Shown one piece after another: positions 30,915 to 40,950 of a stretch of DNA of 64,000 nt (positions are counted from its first letter, which is position 1; every line of letters starts with the position of its first letter). The translations under genes were made by a program, and so were the position numbers. The notes beneath the pieces are model-generated. The model was not told the DNA's origin. It did not search any database and was given only the letters and a program-made list of their open reading frames with translations. The stretch lies in assembly GCA_016716405.1 (NCBI GenBank), contig JADJWK010000001.1, forward strand, positions 678,713 to 742,712, written 5' to 3'. Source of the DNA: Candidatus Melainabacteria bacterium. Its GTDB lineage: Bacteria; Cyanobacteriota; Vampirovibrionia; Obscuribacterales; Obscuribacteraceae.

Positions 30915-33086
30915 ATGCAAGACGTGATGAGTCTCCTCTATCTGGCGCCCTTCGTTGTGGTGGGCGTCCTTCTGGTCGCGTGGCTGTTCCTCTGTGTCAA
31001 GAACATCCGCTCGACCGAAATCGGTATCGTCGAACAGCGATACATCGGCAAGAAACTCCCGACCGGCCGGGCGTATGCGCTTCCGGGCGAGATCGGTATC
31101 CAGGTTCGCTATCTGGATCCGGGCTTTCGCTTCCTTCTCTGGCCCTTCCAGCGCCTGGTGAAACGACAGCCGTTCCTGGTGATCCACGAGAACCAGATCG
31201 GTATCGTCACCGCCACCGACGGCAAGCAGCTGGCTTCGGACCGCATCTTCGCGGACGACGAGGCCGGCGACAAGCACGACAACTTCCAGAACCCCATGGG
31301 CTTCTTCGAGGATGGCGGTGTCCGCGGCAAGCAGCTGCGCTTCCTCACCAACGGTACCTGGAAGATCCATCCCTTCCTCTTCCAGGTCCAGACGGTCAAC
31401 AAGACCGTCATCCCGGAGGGCAAGGTCGGTCTGGTGACCGCCGAAGACGGCGCCTCTCTCGAGCCCGGACAGTTCCTGGGCAAGTCGGTCGACGGCCATG
31501 ACTCCTTCCAGCGTCCGGAGCGCTTCCTGCGCCAGGGCGGTCAGAAGGGCCCCCAGATCGACATCATCCGCCCCGGCACCTACAACATCCACACCGACAT
31601 GTTCAAGGTGCAGGTGGTGGCGGCTGTGGCCATCGACAAGGAGCACGTCGGCGTCGTCGAAGCGAACGCAGGCAAGCCCCTGCACAAGGGCGATGTCGTC
31701 GCCGAGACGCCTGACATGCCGCTGCACAACGCGTTCCAGGACGGTCAGAAGTTCCTGGACTCCGGCGGTATCCGCGGCCCGCAGGAATCCGTCCTGGCTC
31801 CCGGTACCTATTACATCAACACCATGCTGTTCGATGTGAAGCCGGCGCCCCAGCAGGTCATCCGTCAGGGTGAGGCCGGCGTCCTCATCTCGAACATCGG
31901 CAAGGACCCGGCGGGTCTCGAAGACGACCAGCCGCCCTTCCCCGGTGCCAGCGACGATATCACCGTCGCCTCGGAAGACCCGGAGGAGAAGCGCCTGAAC
32001 AAGGGCGTCCGCCAGCGGCATGTGGTGCCTGAGGGCTACCGCGGTATCCAGAAGAATGTGCTGGGCCCCGGCAAGTACAACATCAACCCGCTCGCCTACA
32101 CCGTGGTGATCATCCCGACCACCACCCGGTCCATCGCCTGGACCGCGGACAAGACGGACGAGGAAGACCGCTACTTCAACCCGTTCGCCGTCGTCTCGCA
32201 TGACGGCTTCGAGATGCGGATCGAGATCGGCTGCCAGTATCGCATCCTGCCCGAGAACGCACCCTATGTGGTGCAGAAGCTCGGCTCGATCGCGGAGCTG
32301 GAAGCCAACGTCCTGCACCCGCAGATCGACGGCATCGTCCGGGCTCAGGTCTCCAAGTCCATCGCCATCAAGTACCAGCAGAACCGCGCCGAGGAGCAGA
32401 CCGCTGCCGAGGAAGCGGTGCGTACCGATCTCGCGAAGTATCGCGTCGACATCGTCTCGGTCATGATCCGCAACATCGTGCTGCCCGAGGATCTGATGCG
32501 GACCACGCAGCAGAAGAACCTCGCCGACCTCGAGAAGGACATGTGGGACGCGAAGCGCGACGCCGAAACGCAGCGTATCGCGTTCGAGTCCACCAAGGCC
32601 AAGGCTGACCAGCAGGCGTCTCTGATGAAGGCCCAGGTCGGCATCGAGATCGCCGAGCACGAGGCGAAGCAGAAGGAGAAGCGCGCCCAGGGTACGGCCG
32701 CGCAAATCCGCATCGAGGCGGAAGCCGAAGCCGGCAAGATCAAGCAGGTCGGTGATGCCGAAGCCGGTGTCATCAAGACCAAGGGTGAAGCCACCGGCGA
32801 TGCCTACGATCGCCAGGTCGCGGCTCTCACCGCCGAAGGCGTCTCGGCCATCGAGATCATCACCCGTATCGCCGCAGCCAATCTCCGGATCACTCCGGAC
32901 GTTCTGGTGTCCGGCGGCAACGGTGCCGGTGACGGCAACGGTCTCGTGCAGCTGCTCCTGGCCAACCTGGTCAAGCAGTCCCTGGACGGTGGCAAGACCA
33001 TCGCGGCGCCGGCCACGGTCGTCGCCGACGAACCGGCTGCCGACGCCGGTGCGAGCGACGAGGGCGCTGACGCGTCCAAGAAGTAA
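30915..33086 (+). CDS. Flotillin-family SPFH (band-7) membrane scaffold protein, 723 aa
   Basis: N-terminal TM (LLYLAPFVVVGVLLVAWLF). SPFH core. C-terminal EA-repeat coiled coil (IRIEAEAEAGKIKQVGDAEAGVIKTKGEA) and flotillin tail …VSGGNGAGDGNG…. Confidence 0.85.
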   Translation: MQDVMSLLYLAPFVVVGVLLVAWLFLCVKNIRSTEIGIVEQRYIGKKLPTGRAYALPGEIGIQVRYLDPGFRFLLWPFQRLVKRQPFLVIHENQIGIVTATDGKQLASDRIFADDEAGDKHDNFQNPMGFFEDGGVRGKQLRFLTNGTWKIHPFLFQVQTVNKTVIPEGKVGLVTAEDGASLEPGQFLGKSVDGHDSFQRPERFLRQGGQKGPQIDIIRPGTYNIHTDMFKVQVVAAVAIDKEHVGVVEANAGKPLHKGDVVAETPDMPLHNAFQDGQKFLDSGGIRGPQESVLAPGTYYINTMLFDVKPAPQQVIRQGEAGVLISNIGKDPAGLEDDQPPFPGASDDITVASEDPEEKRLNKGVRQRHVVPEGYRGIQKNVLGPGKYNINPLAYTVVIIPTTTRSIAWTADKTDEEDRYFNPFAVVSHDGFEMRIEIGCQYRILPENAPYVVQKLGSIAELEANVLHPQIDGIVRAQVSKSIAIKYQQNRAEEQTAAEEAVRTDLAKYRVDIVSVMIRNIVLPEDLMRTTQQKNLADLEKDMWDAKRDAETQRIAFESTKAKADQQASLMKAQVGIEIAEHEAKQKEKRAQGTAAQIRIEAEAEAGKIKQVGDAEAGVIKTKGEATGDAYDRQVAALTAEGVSAIEIITRIAAANLRITPDVLVSGGNGAGDGNGLVQLLLANLVKQSLDGGKTIAAPATVVADEPAADAGASDEGADASKK

Positions 33087-33143
33087 TCGACTCATCCCTT
33101 GCGGTGCCGTAGCGAAAGCTGCGGCACCCCGTTCCTGAGTTCG

Positions 33144-33186
33144 GTCGGGAGCTCCTTGCCTGGAGCTCCCGACCTTTTCCTCTTTC
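33144..33186 (+). terminator. Rho-independent terminator after flotillin (preceded by a GAAA-tetraloop hairpin at 33092..33117)
   Basis: gtcgggagctcc ttgcc tggagctcccgac followed by cttttcctctttcg. Confidence 0.8.
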
Positions 33187-33294
33187 GTCTTCTGGGGGGA
33201 GTTAACGATATGAAATAGTAAAAGTTCAGACAAAAAAGACAGCCACAGGGCCGATAGAGATTTCTCTCCATCGGCCCTAAAAGAACGGCCTTGC

Positions 33295-33633
33295 CTACTT
33301 GTGCAGCAGGTAAGGCACGATGTTGACCGGCAGGTCGCGCACCAGGGATGCGAGACCTTCGATGTACCGGTACTGGGAGGAGCCTCTCACGGTCTTCACG
33401 ACCTTGTCGCGGTCGATATTGCCGGCGGCTAGCAAGGAAGGTCCGCGATAGAAGCGGCCTTTCATGAGGTCGCCGAAGAGATAGCCGGCGTAGAGGCTGG
33501 CCGTCCTGTCGCCGATCAGTGCGTCTGAAGCCAGCACCAGGTTGTGGAGCCAGATCCAGACGACAGTCGAAACGACATTGACGACCACGGTCGCCGCCAC
33601 CAGGGCAGCGAGTATGGTTGCGTAGGTGCTCAT
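33295..33633 (-). CDS. Small single-TM membrane protein, paralogue B (flanks the flotillin/CYTH cluster)
   Basis: Track ORF 33295..33801. Start reassigned to ATG 33633 (MSTYATILAALVAATVVV…), giving 112 aa colinear with paralogue A. Confidence 0.6.
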   Translation of the reverse strand: MSTYATILAALVAATVVVNVVSTVVWIWLHNLVLASDALIGDRTASLYAGYLFGDLMKGRFYRGPSLLAAGNIDRDKVVKTVRGSSQYRYIEGLASLVRDLPVNIVPYLLHK

Positions 33634-34477
33634 GGCGGTTGATCCTTTCCAGTGGAGCCGTTTCAACAAAAATCGGTCGCAGGCGTAGACCCTCCAGTCC
33701 GCCTGAGCGGATGGAGAGAGACATGAATAGTGCCCTGCCTGCTGGTTGTCGGTAAGTCTTTCAGGTGAAATGGAAGCGAGAATATGAGTCGACACTAACA
33801 AAAGCTGATCAGATCTGGAAATCAGCTCAGGCTCATGAACGAAACCGGAAGCTCTTATTCGACGAGAGCTTCCGAGTTCAATTCAGATCTGAGCGAATAT
33901 AGAGCGGGCGGGATTCAGTGGGGCGATCACGTAGGTTTCAAAGCTAGCGAGACTACACGAAGGCGTCTAATATCGCTATGTCCCATTCGATCCACGAACC
34001 GTATTCCCGGCTCTCCCAGACTGGATTTTTCGGTTGGTGAGCTAGCTAGCGTATCTGACTTGCCGCATGGTAACCGGTTTGTGGTGGTCCTCTTCTCGGG
34101 GGGATGCGCCGATCCTGGATGTCAAGAAGAAGCCGGGGCGCGGCTTATGAGCCCTTTTTGAGATTGTCATGCTCAATCGCGATGTTAGGGTGGGTTGTCA
34201 TTTAGTTTTGAATTCTGGAAATACAGGCTGGTCAGCTAATTCCACACTTGAATCATGATCTCCGGGGTGTTCCTACATCTTCGGACTTCGAACAGATCAG
34301 CCTGCTCAATAACAGTACAAGAGTGGGTGCCTTTCGAGGCACTCTTGGTGATGCTCTCACCATCGGCGTTTGCTCCTCGGTCGTACGGGGCCACGTGCGC
34401 TCTTGGCTTTTCTCGCAAGAAGTCGGACACGAGCAGTTCTCTCGAGAACTTCTTCCTGTTCGGCAGAAAGGACAACC

Positions 34478-35962
34478 ATGAGAAAAACAAGATCAGAGCG
34501 GAAGACGAGCCCCAGTCAGCCGCCGAAAATCAAGATACACACACTCGGAGCCGCCGGCGAAGTAACCGGCTCGCTCAATCTCGTCGAAGTCATGGACGGA
34601 CCGAGTATCACACGATTTCTGCTCGATGTCGGCATGCATCAGGAGAATGACAATATCAACAAGAGTCATCGCCTGCCGCGGGGTATCACTGCCGGTGACA
34701 TCGACTTCGTCATCATCAGTCACGCCCACATCGATCACAGCGGATACCTGCCGAAGCTTATCAAAGACGGCTTCAAGGGATTCGCATATACCCATGCCGC
34801 TACCCGGGATCTCCTGCGCTTTCTTCTGCCTGATTCCGGCCGCCTGCAAGAGCTGGCTGCCGACAGGGAGAACGCAGCTCTCAAGGGCAAGCGGCGTTGG
34901 GTCAAGCCTCTCTATACGGCAGCCGATGCCCGGGCCAGCCTTACACGAATCAAGGTCTGGTCCTATGGGCGCAAATACCAGATGAGAGGCGGCATCACCG
35001 TGAAGCTCACGGAAGCATGCCATATCCTGGGCGCAGCTGTTGTCACTGTCACCATTGGCACGGGCAAAGCGAAGAAAACGATCTGTTTCACCGGCAACGT
35101 CGGTCGAGCGGATATGCCGATCATCGGCAATTTGCAGCCGGTTCGCCAGGCCGATCTGATCATCAGCGAGTCGACATACGGTAACAAGCTTCATCAGAAG
35201 CGTGACCGTCTCGAGTATCTCGCCGACCTGATCAATCGTGCCTATCGCCGGGCCAAAAATCGCCACCGCGAGTACGGATACGGCGTCATCACTATTCCCG
35301 CCTTCGCGGTGGGACGAGTGCAGACGGTGCTGTACGACCTGCGTGAGCTGATGGCCGCCGGACGAATCCCGGAGATTCCGGTGTTCGTCGATAGCCCCAT
35401 GGCTATAGAGGCTACCAAGGTTCACCGCAAGCACAAGAGCCTCTACAACGACCGGGGACGCACCCTGGTCGATGAGGGGATCGATCCCTTCGCCACGCCG
35501 CGCTACAAAGAATGCCGGCGCTGGTCCGACTCCCGCGCCCTGGCCAAACCGGCTCGCGAGCCATTGATTGTCATCGGCAGCAGCGGCATGGCCGCTGGTG
35601 GGCGTATCCTCGCCCATCTGGAAACACGTCTTCCCGGCAGCAATAACACCGTGATCTTCGTCGGCTATCAGGGGACAGGCGCTCTCGGCCACACCCTGGT
35701 CAACGAGAAGCCATCCTCGGTCCTGATTCACGGCAAGTCTGTCGAGGTTCGCGCCACCGTCGAGTATATGTCCGACTATTCAGGCCATGCCGACTACAGC
35801 GAAATCATCGCCTGGCTCAAGCTCTTCGCCAAAAGACCGGAGCGCTTGCTCCTGGTCCATGGCGACCCCGATGCCCTGTCGCAGTTCCGGCAGCACATCA
35901 AGGACGCGCTGCCAGGCTGGAAAGTCACCATCCCTCATTCGAGGCAGAGCTTCGAGCTCTGA
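34478..35962 (+). CDS. MBL-fold beta-CASP ribonuclease (RNase J-like/CPSF-like)
   Basis: HAHIDHSGYLP (HxHxDH) metallo-beta-lactamase motif. Beta-CASP-type C-terminal region. Start at ATG 34478 (MRKTRSERK…) with AAAGGA RBS. Confidence 0.8.
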   Translation: MRKTRSERKTSPSQPPKIKIHTLGAAGEVTGSLNLVEVMDGPSITRFLLDVGMHQENDNINKSHRLPRGITAGDIDFVIISHAHIDHSGYLPKLIKDGFKGFAYTHAATRDLLRFLLPDSGRLQELAADRENAALKGKRRWVKPLYTAADARASLTRIKVWSYGRKYQMRGGITVKLTEACHILGAAVVTVTIGTGKAKKTICFTGNVGRADMPIIGNLQPVRQADLIISESTYGNKLHQKRDRLEYLADLINRAYRRAKNRHREYGYGVITIPAFAVGRVQTVLYDLRELMAAGRIPEIPVFVDSPMAIEATKVHRKHKSLYNDRGRTLVDEGIDPFATPRYKECRRWSDSRALAKPAREPLIVIGSSGMAAGGRILAHLETRLPGSNNTVIFVGYQGTGALGHTLVNEKPSSVLIHGKSVEVRATVEYMSDYSGHADYSEIIAWLKLFAKRPERLLLVHGDPDALSQFRQHIKDALPGWKVTIPHSRQSFEL

Positions 35963-35975
35963 TCGGCAACTGGAG

Positions 35976-36215
35976 ATGATTGCCATGACGGCGAAAATTC
36001 AGGCTCACCAGGTCCGCAAGACGGGACTGGGCGTCAGCAGCCGAATCTACTGGGAATCCACAGTGTCGGCCGAGCCGATCACCTGGTCGGATGCCCGAGA
36101 AGCGCAGTCTGAGGCGGGTTACAGCCCACTCGGCTACGACTTCTTCGACTTCCAATGCCAGGCAGTCGAAGGCGGCTACCAGGCCACCTGGTCTTGCGCC
36201 GCCAGCTGCGACTGA
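35976..36215 (+). CDS. Small hypothetical protein (~79 aa)
   Basis: ATG 35976 13 nt after the RNase stop, with GGAG just upstream (MIAMTAKIQAHQV…). No motif. Confidence 0.35.
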   Translation: MIAMTAKIQAHQVRKTGLGVSSRIYWESTVSAEPITWSDAREAQSEAGYSPLGYDFFDFQCQAVEGGYQATWSCAASCD

Positions 36216-36375
36216 CATTTGTCGCGATCGATTCATCGAGGTCCGGACCAGGCTAAGCCGGTATCGGACCTCGATGTTTCGTCTTCGATCGCAATATACT
36301 ATAAAAAATAATATAAATTGCCGGAAAAAGAGATGGCGGAACGGCATGAGCCGCGCCACCATCTCGCAAATCACC

Positions 36376-36756
36376 TCAGCGAGCGTAGATGAATTGCCCG
36401 TTCAGGGACCAGTAGCCCCATGCCTGGTAAGGTTCGTACCAGAACACTGTGACTTCTCTTGTGAGCCATCGCCAGCAGCAGCCGTCGAAGACCCGTTCGC
36501 GCACGATGATCCTGTAGGCCGCCGGTGGAGCCGGTCGATAGTAGTATTCGCGCTCTGCTTCATCGGCGATGATGGCGCCTGTGCCAGCACCGATCGTGCC
36601 GCCAATCACGGCACCGCGCCAGGGGTTTCGGCTGTCGATCACAGCTCCTGCCACGGCACCGACAGTGGCACCCAGTCCGGCACCGCGCTGCATGGTCGCG
36701 GAACAGCCCATGAGTGTCAGGGCGAGAGCCAGAAGAAGAATCGGTCTTACGCTCAT
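36376..36756 (-). CDS. Glycine-zipper lipoprotein
   Basis: Lipobox LTLMGCS. Gly-zipper GAGLGATVGAVAGAVI…GAVIGGTIGAGTGAII. Confidence 0.7.
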   Translation of the reverse strand: MSVRPILLLALALTLMGCSATMQRGAGLGATVGAVAGAVIDSRNPWRGAVIGGTIGAGTGAIIADEAEREYYYRPAPPAAYRIIVRERVFDGCCWRWLTREVTVFWYEPYQAWGYWSLNGQFIYAR

Positions 36757-36855
36757 TGGTGGTTGCCCTCTCTGTTTGAGGTTGAGGTGTCGAGATCACG
36801 CAAGCTCAGAGCATTACCTCGAGTCGCGTGATCTCGCTTTTGCCGGGAAGCCCGA

Positions 36856-37389
36856 TCAGTTGCCCGTGTCCGGCTGAGCATCCGGCTGGTTGTCCGGAGC
36901 CGCCGGCTGGGGAGACTTCTCGATGCTGATCTCCATGAGGGGCGCGTTCGGATCCTGGAATGCCTGGAGCAGCCTTTCGAGCTGGTCCTTGCTCAGGGCT
37001 CCGGGGATGCCTCCGGCGAGGAAGCGACCGCCGCCCTGGGGATTCAGATAGATCGTCACCGGCACCGAGCGCAGTCCGAAGAGCTGTGCGACAGTCGGGT
37101 TGGCCTGGAGGTCGACCGAGACGAATTTGATCTTGCCGGCGTTGGCATCGGCGGCATGATGGAAAACCGGCCGATAGGCGTCGCAGGGATCGCAGCCCGG
37201 AGCGTGGGCGAAGATGAGCACCGGGGTGGTGGCATCCACGACTTCCTTCTCGAAGGTCGCTTCGGTCACCGAAATTACGTTGGGCGACGTGTAAGAACGT
37301 GCCCGAGAGTTCATGACATTGACAGCCACCACAGTGACTGCCACCAGGGCGATGATGATCGCCGTGTAGAGCTTATGGGTGTTGGACAT
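36856..37389 (-). CDS. Membrane-anchored thioredoxin-fold protein (C-D-P-C active site)
   Basis: Start ATG 37389 (MSNTHKLYTAIIIALVAVTVVAV… TM) with AAGGAA RBS. APGCDPC motif. Pro-rich C-terminal tail. Confidence 0.7.
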   Translation of the reverse strand: MSNTHKLYTAIIIALVAVTVVAVNVMNSRARSYTSPNVISVTEATFEKEVVDATTPVLIFAHAPGCDPCDAYRPVFHHAADANAGKIKFVSVDLQANPTVAQLFGLRSVPVTIYLNPQGGGRFLAGGIPGALSKDQLERLLQAFQDPNAPLMEISIEKSPQPAAPDNQPDAQPDTGN

Positions 37390-37505
37390 TTGCTTGGTTC
37401 CTTGCTTATCAGAGCAATTTGAGGAGTCGGAGCCGGTAATCATTGCCGGCTCCGTTGTTGCGGGCGGTCGTCTCCGCTTGCGGAGACGACCGACAAATCA
37501 CTGGC

Positions 37506-38429
37506 CTATCGCTTTGCGTTAGCCAGAGTCAGGGGCTCGCGCTCGGGAGCATTGGGCGGCACCGCCCGGAAAGCCTCGAAGCGACCGGCGACGACGTCGT
37601 CCACGGCGACGACGATGTCGCCGTTGACCATGCGCGTGCCCTTGGGGAAGGCCCTGCCGACCACGGCCTTGGGCACGAACTTCGAGAGCCCGGCCGGGAT
37701 CTCGTCGGAGTAGTTGACGGTGCTGCCGCCTTCCATACGGTAGCTACCGGCGAAGACCGTGTGATCCAGGTCCACGACGGCATCGAGGTCCGGAACCGAA
37801 CCATCGTGGCCGTCGAGAGTGTAGATCATGAAGTATTCCGGGTACCGGGGCGTGTAAGCGTAGGCCACCGGCTTGGACTCGCCCTTGTCGGCATCGCTGA
37901 AGCAGGCGACTGCGAAGGGGCAGTCGTACCAGGCTTCGAGCTGGTCGAAGAGGGCCCGGGTCAGAGGCGGGCGCTTGGCAGCGGGGACCGCCTCGACGGC
38001 GTCCGGAATGAGGGATGCGCGGGTGGCGAGCACCAGGGTGTAGATGTCGAACTGCTGGATGATCACCTGGTCGCCCATTCCCTTGGAGCCGCGCAAGCCA
38101 CCACGGGAGCGCCGGCGCGGCGGCGCGAGGGCGCGGCGCACGTCGGCCAGCAGGTCGGGAGTGTCCGCGGTCTCGGTGAGCAGGCGGATGCTCTTGAAGT
38201 CGTCGGTCATGATCGGGATGACCAGAGCGTTGCCGCTGGCTTTGCGGCCGGTCCAGTTGGCCGGTGCCGAGGCGCCGCGACGGCGCGGAGAGCGGGAGGT
38301 CGCTGCCTGGCTGGATGCGCCTGTCGGGCTGACGACGTTCTGGTAGAAGATGACGTGGGTCCTGTGGTCGGCCTCATAGAGACCGGTGACGGTGTTGCCG
38401 AAACTGACTGGTGCGATTGAGATGCACAT
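37506..38429 (-). CDS. Hypothetical protein (307 aa)
   Basis: AAGGAAG RBS before ATG 38429. Arg/Pro-rich low-complexity segment. No motif recognised. Confidence 0.55.
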   Translation of the reverse strand: MCISIAPVSFGNTVTGLYEADHRTHVIFYQNVVSPTGASSQAATSRSPRRRGASAPANWTGRKASGNALVIPIMTDDFKSIRLLTETADTPDLLADVRRALAPPRRRSRGGLRGSKGMGDQVIIQQFDIYTLVLATRASLIPDAVEAVPAAKRPPLTRALFDQLEAWYDCPFAVACFSDADKGESKPVAYAYTPRYPEYFMIYTLDGHDGSVPDLDAVVDLDHTVFAGSYRMEGGSTVNYSDEIPAGLSKFVPKAVVGRAFPKGTRMVNGDIVVAVDDVVAGRFEAFRAVPPNAPEREPLTLANAKR

Positions 38430-38602
38430 GGTTCTTCCTTAGTGGTTCGGGGTCGTTCGGCCCCCGGTATGTCCATTTCTTGTCGATTGCCGGGGGAGAC
38501 TTGAGAGACATGCACTGCTGTCTCTCTCAAGCAAGAGCAGCTTGAGCGTTGGACGGTGCCGGAGGAAATCGGCACGAAGTGGCTACCCGTGAGTGGTGAC
38601 CC

Positions 38603-39214
38603 TCAGTGACGGTCTCGGTAATAGCCGTTACCGTCAAGAATCGAGTTGACCCTCGCCGGGACGAGATAACGCACCGAGCGCCCAGCCGCGATCCACTCTC
38701 GCACCATCGTGGAGGAGAGCGGAAAGAGCGGGCACTCGATGAACGCCATATCAGCGCCCGGCACCATCTTTTTCCAGATACGACGCCGGTAGGCGGTGTT
38801 CTTGTAACGACGCGGGCAGACCAGGATGCGGCAGAGTGAGAGGAACTCGTCCCGCCGGTCATAGTCTGCCAGGACCCGGAGATTGTCGTCTCCGATGATG
38901 AAATTGAGCCGGACCTCGCCTCTGTAGAGTTCGGTCAGCTCGTAAAGAGTGTCGATCGACCAGGTCGTACCGGGCCGATCGATCTCCAGCCTGCACGCTT
39001 CGAATCCGGTTTCGGCTTCGATGCCCGCCTCGACCATCTCGAAACGCTCTTCCCGCCCGAGCAAGCCATCCTTCTTGTGGGGAGGGCTACCGGATGGGAT
39101 GAACAGCACTTTCGAGAGATTGTGCTGCTCCCGGGCGAGTTGACCGACCAGGAGATGCAGGTTGTGAATCGGGTTGAAGGTACCACCCATGATACCTATC
39201 TGGTTCGTGCGCAT
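38603..39214 (-). CDS. nadD: Nicotinate-nucleotide adenylyltransferase
   Basis: GGTFNPIH (HxGH-type nucleotidyltransferase). ~200 aa. Confidence 0.85.
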   Translation of the reverse strand: MRTNQIGIMGGTFNPIHNLHLLVGQLAREQHNLSKVLFIPSGSPPHKKDGLLGREERFEMVEAGIEAETGFEACRLEIDRPGTTWSIDTLYELTELYRGEVRLNFIIGDDNLRVLADYDRRDEFLSLCRILVCPRRYKNTAYRRRIWKKMVPGADMAFIECPLFPLSSTMVREWIAAGRSVRYLVPARVNSILDGNGYYRDRH

Positions 39215-39263
39215 GGTTCGCGTTTCCCGGTTCGGTTATGTCGAGAGCCTCCGAGTTCGGAGT

Positions 39264-40481
39264 TCAAATTCGTTTCTCATCCCCGCTCTTCGAGTAGAGG
39301 TAGAGTGCTGTAGCCAGGACGCAGGCGGCGGCGCCGGCCTGCATTGTGACCGCCGGTCCGAGCCTCTCGACGAGCCATCCGAACACCGGTCCGCCGATGG
39401 CGAACATCCCGAAGTAGGAGTACATCCAGAAGACCGTGGAGATGACGCCCCTCATCCTGTCCTCGACATAGCTCTGCACCATGGCATGGCTGCCGATCAG
39501 GACGATGGTCATGGAGAAGCCCACCGGGACGATCATCGCCATGGAGAGCGCGACACTGCTGGAGCCGGCGAAGAGTGCCAGAAAAATCCCGTAGGAGAAT
39601 CCCGCCACTCCCACATAGCGGGGAAGCGCTGCGGCTCGGAGCTTCGTTGCTGTGACATAGGCGAGGATCAGGGAGCCGATCATGGCTCCTGTCTCGGAGG
39701 CTGCCACCAGCAATCCGTTGGTCGTCTCGTTCCCGTGCAGCTGGTTGGTGAAGACCGGCATGAGCGGGATATAGACGCCGCAGAAGCTGAAGACAGCCAC
39801 CATCAAGAGGAGTCTTCTGATCGACCTGTTTCCGTAGGCGAAGGCGAACGCTTCGCGGAGCCCCGGATTGTCGGACTCTTCTCTGGGTTTCGGGTGGATG
39901 CGGCGGAGGGTGACGAGCTCGAACAGATAGGTGAGGGCGTTGACCGCAAAACAGGCTGTCGCCCCCAGGGTTCCGAGCATGACCGCTGCCAGAGCCGGAC
40001 CGGCTACTCTGCCCGAGTAGAAGAGCAGGCTGTCCAGCGAGAAGGCGTTCATGACGTCCTCATCGCTGACCAGCTGGGGAATGACGGCGAACCGCGCCGG
40101 GATTTCGAAGGCCACGATCAGACCGAAGACTGCCGAGAGCACGTAGAGGTGCCAGACGGCTAGATGTCCGGTGATCGAGAGCGTCAGCCAGGTCAAAGAG
40201 ACTGCGAGCGCTGCTCGCTGGGTCCAGACGATGATTTTCTTGCGGTCGAAACGGTCGGCGGCGAATCCACCGATGATGCCCAGGGTGAGCATCGGAATCT
40301 GGAAACAAAACAGGATCGAGCCGAGTACGAAGCTGGAACCGGTCATCTGGTATGCGATCCAGGCGACGACGATTTCCTGCATCAGAGACCCGGTCAGAGA
40401 AGCAATCACTCCCAGGCAGTACCAGCGGAATGCCGGATGCTTCAGGGAGCTGAACGTCGCTTTCATCAAGCTGTTATCCAT
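39264..40481 (-). CDS. MFS transporter
   Basis: 405-aa 12-TM-type hydrophobicity. GGFAADRFDRKK loop 2-3 motif. Confidence 0.85.
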   Translation of the reverse strand: MDNSLMKATFSSLKHPAFRWYCLGVIASLTGSLMQEIVVAWIAYQMTGSSFVLGSILFCFQIPMLTLGIIGGFAADRFDRKKIIVWTQRAALAVSLTWLTLSITGHLAVWHLYVLSAVFGLIVAFEIPARFAVIPQLVSDEDVMNAFSLDSLLFYSGRVAGPALAAVMLGTLGATACFAVNALTYLFELVTLRRIHPKPREESDNPGLREAFAFAYGNRSIRRLLLMVAVFSFCGVYIPLMPVFTNQLHGNETTNGLLVAASETGAMIGSLILAYVTATKLRAAALPRYVGVAGFSYGIFLALFAGSSSVALSMAMIVPVGFSMTIVLIGSHAMVQSYVEDRMRGVISTVFWMYSYFGMFAIGGPVFGWLVERLGPAVTMQAGAAACVLATALYLYSKSGDEKRI

Positions 40482-40494
40482 AACGACTCCCTGC

Positions 40495-40950
40495 TCAGGA
40501 GCTCGCCTCGCCCTCGAGTCTGGCTCTCAAAGCCATGAGGCGTGAGACGAATTCCTGCTCGGTGAGGACGGTCCGCTTCGGATCGTTCTTGCCGATGCTG
40601 TGAGTGAGCACCGCTTTGCCGGTGGCCAGGAGCGCCCTCCGGGCGGCCTGGTTTTGCTCGAAAAGCGCGGTGAAGGCTTCGTCGAGCAGGTCCTGGAACT
40701 CTTTGGAATCCCGTTCGATTGGCTCACCCTGCCACCAGAGTGTCTGGGTGCGCCACCATTTCTTGCCTTTTCCCTTGAACTTGGCGGCCTTGCCGACCAG
40801 CGTCATGACATGCCGCTGCATCTCGGGCGATTTGAACTTCAAGCCCTGCAGAAGCCCTTCCATCGACGCAGCAGGGATGCCGCGGAAGACGAAAGGACGG
40901 GGCGAGAAGTTGCTCAAGCTGGCGGCTTTCGAGCCGGATCTGATGTCCAT
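40495..40950 (-). CDS. NADAR (YbiA/DUF1768) domain protein
   Basis: LSNFSP…F.FRGIPAASMEGLLQGLKF pattern resembles the YbiA/NADAR N-terminal signature. ~150 aa. Confidence 0.5.
   Translation of the reverse strand: MDIRSGSKAASLSNFSPRPFVFRGIPAASMEGLLQGLKFKSPEMQRHVMTLVGKAAKFKGKGKKWWRTQTLWWQGEPIERDSKEFQDLLDEAFTALFEQNQAARRALLATGKAVLTHSIGKNDPKRTVLTEQEFVSRLMALRARLEGEASS

Noticed and set aside
30897-33233. 778-aa minus-strand ORF
   Set aside because: Antisense to the flotillin gene (SPFH core plus EA-repeat tail). A GC-rich frame artefact.
33700-34477. Possible tRNA/ncRNA in the 780-bp AT-rich spacer (a TTCGATCC T-loop-like string near 33985)
   Set aside because: Flanking sequence does not form a T-stem or acceptor stem by eye, so no tRNA could be supported without a covariance search.
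34493-35731. 412-aa minus-strand ORF
   Set aside because: Antisense to the MBL/beta-CASP nuclease carrying the HxHxDH motif.
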